A program made the translations under genes and the position numbers. Under the pieces are notes generated by a model that was given only the letters and a program-made list of their open reading frames with translations, did no database searches and was not told where the DNA came from. From Phycisphaerae bacterium (GTDB lineage Bacteria; Planctomycetota; Phycisphaerae; Phycisphaerales; Phycisphaeraceae), in the NCBI GenBank assembly GCA_030432595.1, contig JAUIGU010000020.1, forward strand, positions 8,144 to 72,143: 64,000 bases of DNA, given 5' to 3'. Shown one piece after another: positions 50,354 to 58,020 of the stretch (the stretch's first letter is position 1; the number at the start of each line of letters is the position of its first letter).

Positions 50354-51715
50354 TTATGCCCCCGCGGTCTGTTTCACTTTCGGCCAGAGGCTTGCGAGTT
50401 TAACCGCCTGGCCGGTTGCGATGGACTGGTTGGCGGCGACGCCGGTGAGGACGGACGCGGCGCCGTCGATGTGCGAGGCGTCGCGGCCCATCTCATCGGG
50501 CGGGCTGTCGGGGATGAAGATGCGGGTCAGCAGTCGTGAGTCGCCGCCGCCGTGGCCGCCGGTGGCCTTGGGGACCTCGAGTTCCTGCGGCGCTTCGAAC
50601 ATGCGTTGCAGGCGGATGTACTGCTCGCCCTGGTACTGGTCCTTGGTGAGTTCTTCGTCGCTCTGGCCGGCGATGATGTGGCCCGAGCCGCGGCCGAAGT
50701 ACTCGACCTGGCCCTCGGTGCCGTTGACGCAGAGGCGCTCGCCTTCCCACGGGCAGTAGGCGATGAGCGAGTAGCTGAGCGCCGCGCCTTTCGTGAACCG
50801 TGCCGACAGCGAGACGGTGTCTTCGGAGGTGACGGGCCACTTGTTTTCGCCGCCGAAGACGTTGCGGTCGCGGATGTAGCCGGACTCGGCCTCGGCGTCG
50901 AGGTAGAGGGCCTTCATCTCGTTGCCCTTGGACACGCCGTTGGGGCTCATGGTCGTGTCCATGAACAGGCCGAACGGGTCATCCTTGGCTTCGGGCACGC
51001 CGGTGTAGCGTTCGTAGGGCGCGTCGACGCCGCGCCGCTTCGCGTTGTCTTCGCCGTAGAACATGAGCCCGCCGGCGGCGAAGACGGTCTCGGGGTGGTC
51101 GTCGAGCAGCCAGTTGACCAGGTCGAAGTGGTGCGTGGACTTGTGGACGAGCAGCCCGCCGGAGTGCTGTTTCTCGCGGTGCCACCGGCGGAAGTAGTCT
51201 GCGCCGTGCCGGGTGTCGAGGCGCCACTGGAAGTCCACGAGCGTGGGCGTGCCGATCGCGCCCGAGAGGATCACTTCCTTGACCTTGGAGAAGGTGGTCT
51301 GCCAGCGGTAGTTGAACGCGACGCGCAGGGTCTGCCCGGTGCGTTCGATGGCGTCGAAGATGGCGGCGACCTTGTGCTCGTCGGTCGTCATCGGCTTTTC
51401 GCTGACCGCGTCGCAGCCGAGCTCCATGGCGCGGATGATGTACTGGTGGTGGGTCGCGTCGACGCTGGTGACGATGACGACGTCGGGCTTCGCCTTCTTG
51501 ACCATGTCGTCGAACTTGTCCGCCTTGTAGGTCGGCAGCTTGTCGGTGCCGTAGGTGTCGGCGACGTACTGGTTCCAGTAGTCCATGCGGACCTGGCTGG
51601 TGTCGCAGAAGGCGACGAGCTGGGCGTGGTCGGCGAAGTCTTTGCAGATCGCGTCGGTGAACATCCGGCTGCGGCCGCCGGTGCCGACGATGGCGTAACG
51701 CTTGCGGTCGGGCAT
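50354..51715 (-). CDS. Gfo/Idh/MocA family oxidoreductase
   Basis: The N-terminal Rossmann motif is YAIVGTGGRSRMF, followed by DVVIVTSVDATHHQYIIRAMELGCDAVSEKPM. The start MPDRKRY is at 51715. The 762-aa track ORF is an artefactual extension. Confidence 0.85.
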   Translation of the reverse strand: MPDRKRYAIVGTGGRSRMFTDAICKDFADHAQLVAFCDTSQVRMDYWNQYVADTYGTDKLPTYKADKFDDMVKKAKPDVVIVTSVDATHHQYIIRAMELGCDAVSEKPMTTDEHKVAAIFDAIERTGQTLRVAFNYRWQTTFSKVKEVILSGAIGTPTLVDFQWRLDTRHGADYFRRWHREKQHSGGLLVHKSTHHFDLVNWLLDDHPETVFAAGGLMFYGEDNAKRRGVDAPYERYTGVPEAKDDPFGLFMDTTMSPNGVSKGNEMKALYLDAEAESGYIRDRNVFGGENKWPVTSEDTVSLSARFTKGAALSYSLIAYCPWEGERLCVNGTEGQVEYFGRGSGHIIAGQSDEELTKDQYQGEQYIRLQRMFEAPQELEVPKATGGHGGGDSRLLTRIFIPDSPPDEMGRDASHIDGAASVLTGVAANQSIATGQAVKLASLWPKVKQTAGA

Positions 51716-51991
51716 GGGAACACTCCTCGGGGGTCGGGGAACAGGGAAGGGGCAGCCGGGCGGGTCATCGTAACGGCCGCGGGTTGCCGGATCGCGTCGT
51801 GCGGTTCCGATAACCCGTGGCGGGGTCGGCGGCGGTGAAGCGGCGCGGGGCAGGGCGGGCAGCGGTGGGTGGCGGCGCGCCCGAGTTTGGCGGCCCGACC
51901 ACGGCCCAACCGATAACGAAGCGGAGGCGGCGGCTTTGTCTCCCGTCGTCCCGTTGCCCTTGATCCCCGCGGTTGTTTGGAGTGCCTGAAG

Positions 51992-52630
51992 ATGAGACGG
52001 ATCGCCGGCCTGATCGTGGTGGTGTGCTCGGTGGTGGCGTTGACCGCAAGCCCGGCCGGGGGCGAGACCCTGGCCATCGTCGATGCGTCCGTGCTGCACA
52101 AGCCCGAAACCGGGATGGTGTACTTCAGCGCGACCTTCAACCGCCCGCCGAACCTGACCCCGAGCATCTCCACCGGCGGCGACGACGGGACGACCGCGCC
52201 GACCGGCACGGGTGGGCCGCTGATCTTCGACCTGCCGGACCTGGACGGCTTCCAGTTCCTGCTCGACGTCGCGGACGACGGTGAGGACGGCGCCGCGTTC
52301 CCCTGGGAGGTCGTGGTGCGCGGCAGCGAGGCGTCGACCGCCAACGGCATCCCCTTCCGCGATGGGCACGCCCCGCCGGTCGAGGGCGACTTCAACAACG
52401 GCGGCTGGGGCCCGGTGCTGGGCGTCGCGGACTACGAGCTCGACGGCGCGACCGTGTCGTTCTCGGCCCCCAACTCGTGGGTCGGCGTTGGCGAAGCGGG
52501 CGTCCGATATGAACTGCTCGCGCTCGAGGGCGACGAACTCGTCGACCACTTCGTCCCCACGCCCACCGCCGCCTTCGCGGGTCTGACCCTCCTGGCCGGG
52601 CTGGCGAGCCGACGACGCCCGCAGGGCTGA
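51992..52630 (+). CDS. Secreted protein with variant PEP-CTERM-like tail (VPTP)
   Basis: Signal peptide MRRIAGLIVVVCSVVALTASPAGG. C-terminus: FVPTPTAAFAGLTLLAGLASRRR. I recognise no family. Confidence 0.6.
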   Translation: MRRIAGLIVVVCSVVALTASPAGGETLAIVDASVLHKPETGMVYFSATFNRPPNLTPSISTGGDDGTTAPTGTGGPLIFDLPDLDGFQFLLDVADDGEDGAAFPWEVVVRGSEASTANGIPFRDGHAPPVEGDFNNGGWGPVLGVADYELDGATVSFSAPNSWVGVGEAGVRYELLALEGDELVDHFVPTPTAAFAGLTLLAGLASRRRPQG

Positions 52631-52771
52631 GCGCGGCCTCACCTCGTCATTCAGGTCCGGCGATGTGGCGTCGGATTAAACACCCCGATGAACGCGTCGA
52701 TCCGGTGGTTCGATAGCGCTGAAACCGGGCCTTTTCGGGCCCGACGGTTTCGCGTTATTCGGAGCACGGAG

Positions 52772-53797
52772 ATGACGAATCATTCGAGGCAACAAGCGAC
52801 CCGCACGCGCCGCCGGCGGACCCCCGTCGCCGCGCTGGTCACGCTCACGCTGGCGCTGACGCTCTGGGGCAACGGTGCCGGCGCCGGCATCATTCACGCC
52901 GGCCAGACCGAGCAGATCGCCATCAACTTCGGCAACGCCCGCCCCTTCGCGAGCGTCGGCCAGGTGGTCTCCATCGAGCAGGGCGGCGGCGGCCTCGCCG
53001 GCTCGGGCGTCTACCTCGGCGACCGCTGGATGATCACCGCCGCCCACGTCGTCGACTCCGCCGCCGACGTCCGCTTCTCGCTCGGCGGCGTCACCGCCTT
53101 CGGCATCACCGCCTACATCCACCCGGTCTGGGACGCGAACAACATCCTCGCCGGCAACGACCTCGCGCTCGTCCGACTCGACCGCGACTTCCCCACCGTC
53201 ACCCCCGCCACCCGCCTCGAAGGCCGCGGCGACGCCGGACGCTTCTCCGCCATGGTCGGCTACGGCCACACCGGCACGCCCACCGGCGGCTTCGACACCT
53301 CCACCGCCCTCATCAAACGCGGCGGACGCAACAACATCGACGCCGTCCTCAGCAACCGCATCCTCCTCGCCGACTTCGACTCCGGCAGCGACGCCGACAA
53401 CATCATCGGCACCCCGCGCGTCGACCGCCTCGAATACCTCATCGCCCCGGGCGACTCCGGCGGCGGCGCCTTCGTCTACAAGGACCAGCAGTGGGTCCTC
53501 GCCGGCATCCACTCCTTCGGCGCCGCCACCGTCGACGGCCTGGCCAACTCCGACTACGGCGACCTGTCCGGCCACTCCCGCATCCTCTACCACAACCGCT
53601 GGATCGACCGTGTCCTCGACACCGCCGACACGCTCCCCAACGCCATCGGCGCCACCCTCGCCACCAACCTCTCCGGCGGCACCGCCTTCGGCGCTGTCAC
53701 CCAACTGCCCGAGCCGGCGCTGCTGCTCGCGGCGCTCGCGGTCACCTTCGGCGGACGCCCCGGTCGCCGTCGGCGCTTTCTTCACGACCCGCGGTAA
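52772..53797 (+). CDS. Trypsin-like serine protease with PEP-CTERM anchor
   Basis: Catalytic triad context: ITAAHV (His), NDLALVRL (Asp), GDSGGGAF (Ser). C-terminus: LPEPALLLAALAVTFGGRPGRRRR. Start taken at MTNHSRQQ; 52688 is the alternative. Confidence 0.8.
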   Translation: MTNHSRQQATRTRRRRTPVAALVTLTLALTLWGNGAGAGIIHAGQTEQIAINFGNARPFASVGQVVSIEQGGGGLAGSGVYLGDRWMITAAHVVDSAADVRFSLGGVTAFGITAYIHPVWDANNILAGNDLALVRLDRDFPTVTPATRLEGRGDAGRFSAMVGYGHTGTPTGGFDTSTALIKRGGRNNIDAVLSNRILLADFDSGSDADNIIGTPRVDRLEYLIAPGDSGGGAFVYKDQQWVLAGIHSFGAATVDGLANSDYGDLSGHSRILYHNRWIDRVLDTADTLPNAIGATLATNLSGGTAFGAVTQLPEPALLLAALAVTFGGRPGRRRRFLHDPR

Positions 53798-54435
53798 AGC
53801 CCGTGCTCCCGGATGTACCCCATGACCGCCGGCGACACCCACGCTGAAACGTCTTCGCCGCCGCGCACCGCCGCGCGGATCGCCGACGACGACACGTCCA
53901 ACGCCGGCGCTTCGATCAGTGTCGTGCCGCGCAAAAACGCCGGCGCGTGCCCGAGCCAATGTCGCGCCTGTGCCAGGTCGTGCGGCGGACGCACCAGCAC
54001 CGCCAACGGCGAAAGCCCCGCCAACGCCTCGGCTTCCCGCCACTTCGCAAAACTGAACAACTGATCCGTCCCGATCAGCAGCCGGAACTCGGTCTGCTCG
54101 GTGGCCTGCGCGTTCAACCGCCGCACTGTGTCGATCGTGTACGACGGCCCGTCGTCGCCGCGCTCGATCTCGCCCGTGTCGATCGTCGCGTGCGCCACCC
54201 CCGCCAACGCCAGCCGCAGCATCGCCAGACGGTGCTCCGGCGACGACTGCGCATGATCCAGCTTGAACGGCGAACGCCCGGCCGGCACATAGCAAACCTC
54301 GTCCGCACCCAGCGCATCCACTACCAGCTTCGGCAACGACGTGTGCGCCACGTGCGGCGGATCAAACGTCCCGCCGAACACCACGACCCGTCTCACCTTG
54401 TCCGCTTGGTCGATCTCGGTATTCACCCGCGCCAT
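53782..54435 (-). CDS. nadD: Nicotinate-nucleotide adenylyltransferase
   Basis: VVVFGGTFDPPHVAH (nucleotidyltransferase HxGH-type motif) and ISSSAIR near the C-terminus. Start at MARVNTE (54435) or 54447. Confidence 0.9.
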   Translation of the reverse strand: MARVNTEIDQADKVRRVVVFGGTFDPPHVAHTSLPKLVVDALGADEVCYVPAGRSPFKLDHAQSSPEHRLAMLRLALAGVAHATIDTGEIERGDDGPSYTIDTVRRLNAQATEQTEFRLLIGTDQLFSFAKWREAEALAGLSPLAVLVRPPHDLAQARHWLGHAPAFLRGTTLIEAPALDVSSSAIRAAVRGGEDVSAWVSPAVMGYIREHGLYRGS

Positions 54436-54477
54436 GCTAGCGCACAATCTAAAGTCACGAAACAGTCCACGTACATA

Positions 54478-54503
54478 CGAAGCCCACGGACTCCGTCCGT
54501 GGG
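54478..54503 (-). repeat. 26-nt dispersed REP-like hairpin element (copy 2, inverted relative to 2072-2097)
   Basis: The reverse complement reads CCCACGGACGGAGTCCGTGGGCTTCG, with a perfect 9-bp stem. A second hairpin CCCAGCCC-TGAAA-GGGCTGGG (54504-54524) follows immediately. Confidence 0.5.
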
Positions 54504-54580
54504 ACCCAGCCCTGAAAGGGCTGGGCTTCTAAAACTCGTGATTCCCCACCACTCGCCACCATCGCCGGTATCATCGCCCC

Positions 54581-55204
54581 ATGCCCTGTTTCCTCGACGA
54601 TCAGGAACTCGCCCTCCCCGACGCGACCTCGCCCGACTCGGCCACCCTCGGCAACCTCCTCCAACACGCCCGCGCTCAGTCCGAGCAACTCGGCCGCGTC
54701 ATCGTCGAGGTCCGCATCGACGGCGACGCGCTCGGCCAGGACGCGCTCGACGAGCGCATGGACCAGCCCGTCGGCGACGCCGACGTCCGCCTGTACTCCG
54801 TCGACCCCGCCGAGCTCGGCGTCCAGGCGCTCGGCGAAGCGCGCACCCAACTCGCGGCGCTCGGCGACCTGCAACAGGAAGCCGCCGACCTGCTCCAGGC
54901 CGACCAGGCCGGCGAGGCCTTCGCCAAACTCGGCGGCGCCGTGCAGGGCTGGATCAACGTCGCCTCCGCCGTCACGCAGAGCGCCCACCTCAACGGCATC
55001 AACCTCGACGACGTCGAGGCCGGCGACGACTCCGCCCTCGCCATCGTCAACGCCCTCGCCCAGCAGCTCCAGGAATTCAAAACCCTCATCGAGGCCGGCG
55101 ACACCACGGCGCTGGCCGACGCCCTCGGCTACGAGTGGCCCGACGTCGTCTCCCGCTGGGACGACCTCCTCCAAGCCCTCGCCAACCGCCTCTCGGTCGC
55201 GTGA
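54581..55204 (+). CDS. Hypothetical acidic protein
   Basis: 207-aa ORF with protein-like composition (D/E/A/L-rich, helical) and GC-rich third positions. I recognise no family. Confidence 0.6.
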   Translation: MPCFLDDQELALPDATSPDSATLGNLLQHARAQSEQLGRVIVEVRIDGDALGQDALDERMDQPVGDADVRLYSVDPAELGVQALGEARTQLAALGDLQQEAADLLQADQAGEAFAKLGGAVQGWINVASAVTQSAHLNGINLDDVEAGDDSALAIVNALAQQLQEFKTLIEAGDTTALADALGYEWPDVVSRWDDLLQALANRLSVA

Positions 55205-55215
55205 TGCCTCGGTGC

Positions 55216-55264
55216 TTTCGACTTTCGACTTTTGCCTTTCCACCTTCGCCTTTAGGCTGAACCC
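55216..55264 (+). repeat. Seven in-register heptads TTTCGAC TTTCGAC TTTTGCC TTTCCAC CTTCGCC TTTAGGC TGAACCC ending at the nuoC ATG
   Basis: Read directly. The 7-nt period is maintained up to ATG 55265. It is the same family as the arrays at 57858-57899 (-), 57972-58020 (+) and 9540-9623. Confidence 0.6.
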
Positions 55265-55825
55265 ATGCCCACGCTCGACCACCCCGCGCTGCCCGCCGTC
55301 AAGGCCGCCTTCCCCGACGCGAAGCTCTTCGCCACCGAGTTCCGCGGCGAGACGACGCTGGTCGTCGAGCCCGCGCTCCTGCACGAACTGCTCCACTTCC
55401 TCAAGCACGGCCCCCACACCGCCTGCGACTTCCTCTCCGACCTCGTCGGCATCGACTACCTCAACTACCCCCAACCCAAAGAAGGCGCGCCGCACGGCCG
55501 CTTCGCCGTCGTCTACAACCTCGAGAGCACCACCAAACACCACCGGCTCTTCGTCAAGGTCTTCCTCGACCCCACGCTCGACACCGCCGGCACCGACGAC
55601 GACCCCGCCCTGCACCTGCCCACCGCCACCGACCTCTGGCCCGGCGCCGAGTGGCTCGAACGCGAGGTCTTCGACATGCTCGGCGTCCGCTTCGACGGCC
55701 ACCCCGACCTCCGCCGCATCCTCACCTGGGAATCCTTCCCCGCCCACCCCCACCGCAAAGACTACCCCGTCACCGGCCGCGGCGAACGCGAGGACTACCG
55801 CGTCGTCGAACGCGACGACGTGTGA
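55265..55825 (+). CDS. nuoC: NADH-quinone oxidoreductase subunit C (isolated copy)
   Basis: DFLSDLVGIDYL...RFAVVYNL...LWPGAEWLEREVFDMLGVRFDGHPDLRRIL is the typical NuoC/30-kDa subunit signature. Confidence 0.9.
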   Translation: MPTLDHPALPAVKAAFPDAKLFATEFRGETTLVVEPALLHELLHFLKHGPHTACDFLSDLVGIDYLNYPQPKEGAPHGRFAVVYNLESTTKHHRLFVKVFLDPTLDTAGTDDDPALHLPTATDLWPGAEWLEREVFDMLGVRFDGHPDLRRILTWESFPAHPHRKDYPVTGRGEREDYRVVERDDV

Positions 55826-55852
55826 GTCGGTTCGGCTCGCTAGGCCGCTTTC

Positions 55853-56470
55853 CTATTGCCCCAATAATCCCTCAACACCCTGTGTACCCATGCGCCATGA
55901 GCGGGGGTCGAAACTCGCCTCGCGGTATTCCTGGTAGACCTCGGTGACCTGGCCGTGCACCACCCGCACGCCCAGCACGAACTTGGGGACGGTCGAAGAA
56001 GAGAGCTCCAACTCCGAGCTACGCTCCTCTCCGGGCACGCTGAAATACCACTCAACCGTTTCCATAGACACCAGCGGGCTTCGGAAGTTCGGGTTCCTTC
56101 CCGCGGCCTCGATGCACCCAAGCGTTGTCATTCCCTCTCGGAAGACCGGAAGGTCCGGTGGCACCTTGCCCTCGATCTGACGCGGCTCGAGCTGGTCCAG
56201 CCGGTGTTCGGCCCGCGCGAGCGCAGTCTTCAACTCGAGCCTTTCCGCATAAAGGTTCTCCACCAACGTGCGAAGGTCCTCCGCCGACATCGCCGGCAAC
56301 GCTTCGACGAAACGGTCCGTACGTTCCTTTTCGGTTGCTAGTTCCTTGGTGACGTCCTCCGGCAAGACGTCCGAGAGTCGCGTCTGAGGTGTTGAAGCCG
56401 GCTGGGCAACGGTAACCAGCGCAGTCAATGAGATGGTCATCATTACAGCGGTCGACGTTAGGCGAGGCAT
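55853..56470 (-). CDS. Hypothetical secreted protein with coiled-coil segment
   Basis: 205-aa ORF with signal peptide MPRLTSTAVMMTISLTALVTVAQPA and protein-like composition. I recognise no family. Confidence 0.6.
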   Translation of the reverse strand: MPRLTSTAVMMTISLTALVTVAQPASTPQTRLSDVLPEDVTKELATEKERTDRFVEALPAMSAEDLRTLVENLYAERLELKTALARAEHRLDQLEPRQIEGKVPPDLPVFREGMTTLGCIEAAGRNPNFRSPLVSMETVEWYFSVPGEERSSELELSSSTVPKFVLGVRVVHGQVTEVYQEYREASFDPRSWRMGTQGVEGLLGQ

Positions 56471-56916
56471 GACGGTGCTCCAATGTGGGATGACGCCCGT
56501 ATCTTACGCCCGGTGCCTGATCTCGTATGTGCTGGGTTAGTCTGGGAACGTCGAAAACGGCCCGCGCACATCACCTTCGGCGGGATGCGGCACCCATCAA
56601 GCCGTCTCGATTGTCTGCGCACGCTTTGCCCGAGAGTTCGCCGCGTCATCTTGACGCACGGGTAAAATGTAGGTGCAGGTGAAGGGCGTGGCCTCCGCGC
56701 GGGTGCCAGGTGGGTGAGGGCTTGAGTTCCTTAATCACGAAATGCCGTGTGGCCTTGGACGCGGGTGGGTCGGAATGGATTTCGATCGCACGCCGCCTCC
56801 CGCCGGAACCCCCCGAGCGAGTCCCATCCGAAGCGCGGTGACGGCGGGTTGAAAAACCGACGCCGGCCGGGGGTCTGTGGATCGTGACGACGGTCCCGCC
56901 CCGGGTTTGTTTCGCA

Positions 56917-56974
56917 GCGAGCCGGGCCGTGTCGGCCCGGATGCAGGACACCGGGCCGACACGGCCCGGCTCGC
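56917..56974. repeat. Perfect 24-bp inverted repeat with 10-nt loop; each arm is itself a hairpin (nested palindrome)
   Basis: Read directly: GCGAG-CCGGGCCG-TGT-CGGCCCGG / ATGCAGGACA / CCGGGCCG-ACA-CGGCCCGG-CTCGC. Confidence 0.7.
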
Positions 56975-57148
56975 TCAGAGGCGCACACGGTGTTCTTTCA
57001 CAAGTGAATCCGAGGGGCGTTGTCGTCCCCACACTCGTCCGTGTCGAGTGCACGGATAGCCGGAACCGGGCCGGTTCCGGACCGGGAGCCGCCGGCTCCC
57101 GGCTGCAAGCGCGCGATAATCTCAACCGCGCGCCGAAACGAGAGTCAC

Positions 57149-57172
57149 AGCCCCGCAAGCGCTTGCGGGGCT
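57149..57172 (-). terminator. Palindromic hairpin AGCCCCGCAAGC/GCTTGCGGGGCT 17 nt downstream of the thuA stop; probable terminator
   Basis: Read directly: a perfect 24-nt palindrome (about a 10-bp stem with a 4-nt loop) located just 3' of the - strand CDS that ends at 57189. There is no clear U-tract. Confidence 0.45.
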
Positions 57173-57188
57173 ACGAACCACAAACCGC

Positions 57189-57857
57189 TTACCGGCTTGC
57201 CCACGTCATCCCGCGGAAGACGATCTCTTTCGCTTCGTCCACCTCGAAGTCTTTGTACGTGTGGCCCCAGCACGCGCAGAACACCCGGCCCTTCCCCCAC
57301 GTCTTCGTGTACGCGTACGGCAGCACCGCGTTCTGGTGGTACAGCGACGGGTCGTCGTGGGCCTGATCGAACACGGTCTCGCACAGCACGTGGTTGCCCG
57401 GGTCGTGGTGGCAGTAGTACTGCTCGGTGTCGAGCAGCTCGAAATCATCCAGCCCGGCGGTGATCGGGTGGGTGGGGTCGGTGATCTCGACGGTGTAGCG
57501 CTCGATGCAGTTGCCCGGGTGCGCGACCCACTGGGCGCCGGTCATCCACTGGTACTCGGTGTTCATGCGGAAGCTGTCGATCATCCCGCCGTGGAAACCC
57601 GCGAGCCCGGTGCCGTTTTGCACCGCGGTGTTCAAACCCTTCCACTGCGCGTCGCTGATCTCACTCATGGTGAAGATCGGGACGATGAGCGCGGCGTCTT
57701 TGAGGTAGTCGGCGTCGAGGTAGGCGTCGAGCGTGTCGGACAGCTTGACGGTGAAGCCGGCCTGGTCGAGCAGGGGGGCGAAGGTTTCGGCGGACTGCTT
57801 GGGCGTGTGGCCGTCCCAGCCGCCGTAGACGATGAGCGCGTGTTTGGTGTCGGGCAT
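57189..57857 (-). CDS. ThuA (trehalose utilisation) domain-containing protein
   Basis: ALIVYGGWDGHTP...GLAGFHGG...THPITAGL.DFEL.TEQYY...WGKGRVFCACWGH matches the ThuA family pattern. Start at MPDTKHA (57857). Confidence 0.85.
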   Translation of the reverse strand: MPDTKHALIVYGGWDGHTPKQSAETFAPLLDQAGFTVKLSDTLDAYLDADYLKDAALIVPIFTMSEISDAQWKGLNTAVQNGTGLAGFHGGMIDSFRMNTEYQWMTGAQWVAHPGNCIERYTVEITDPTHPITAGLDDFELLDTEQYYCHHDPGNHVLCETVFDQAHDDPSLYHQNAVLPYAYTKTWGKGRVFCACWGHTYKDFEVDEAKEIVFRGMTWASR

Positions 57858-58020
57858 GGCACGAGCATAGAGGCGAAAGTGAAAAGTCGAAAGTCGAAAG
57901 CCGAGCGGGTCGGAGTCGAAAACCAATGATCAACCTGGGGCGGCCGATCGAGCCGGAGTTTCTGACTTCACTTTCGCCTTTGAACTTTTGCCTTTCGACT
58001 TTCCCGACTACCGCAAATGC
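57858..58020. repeat. Back-to-back (divergent) TTTCGMC heptad arrays: - strand array 57858-57899 leading to the thuA ATG, + strand array 57972-58020 leading to an ATG antisense to mrpG
   Basis: Read directly. The - strand reads TTTCGAC TTTCGAC TTTTCAC TTTCGCC TCTATGC TCGTGCC ATG. The + strand reads TTTCGCC TTTGAAC TTTTGCC TTTCGAC TTTCCCG ACTACCG CAAATGC ATG. Confidence 0.6.

Noticed and set aside
56699-56775. Strings resembling RNase P RNA (GGGTGCCAGGT) and the tmRNA 3' end (GGACGCGGGT)
   Set aside because: Only these short matches are present. The obligatory neighbouring motifs are absent on both strands: GAGGAAAGTCCGGGC and ACAGAACCCGGCTTA for RNase P, and a T-arm plus a CCA-ending acceptor and a tag reading frame for tmRNA.
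56646-57158. 170-aa - strand ORF (and 56884-57366 on the + strand) inside the 718-nt spacer
   Set aside because: The translations are Arg/Gly/Pro/Ser-rich with no hydrophobic core pattern. They run straight through perfect palindromes, so the region is treated as non-coding.
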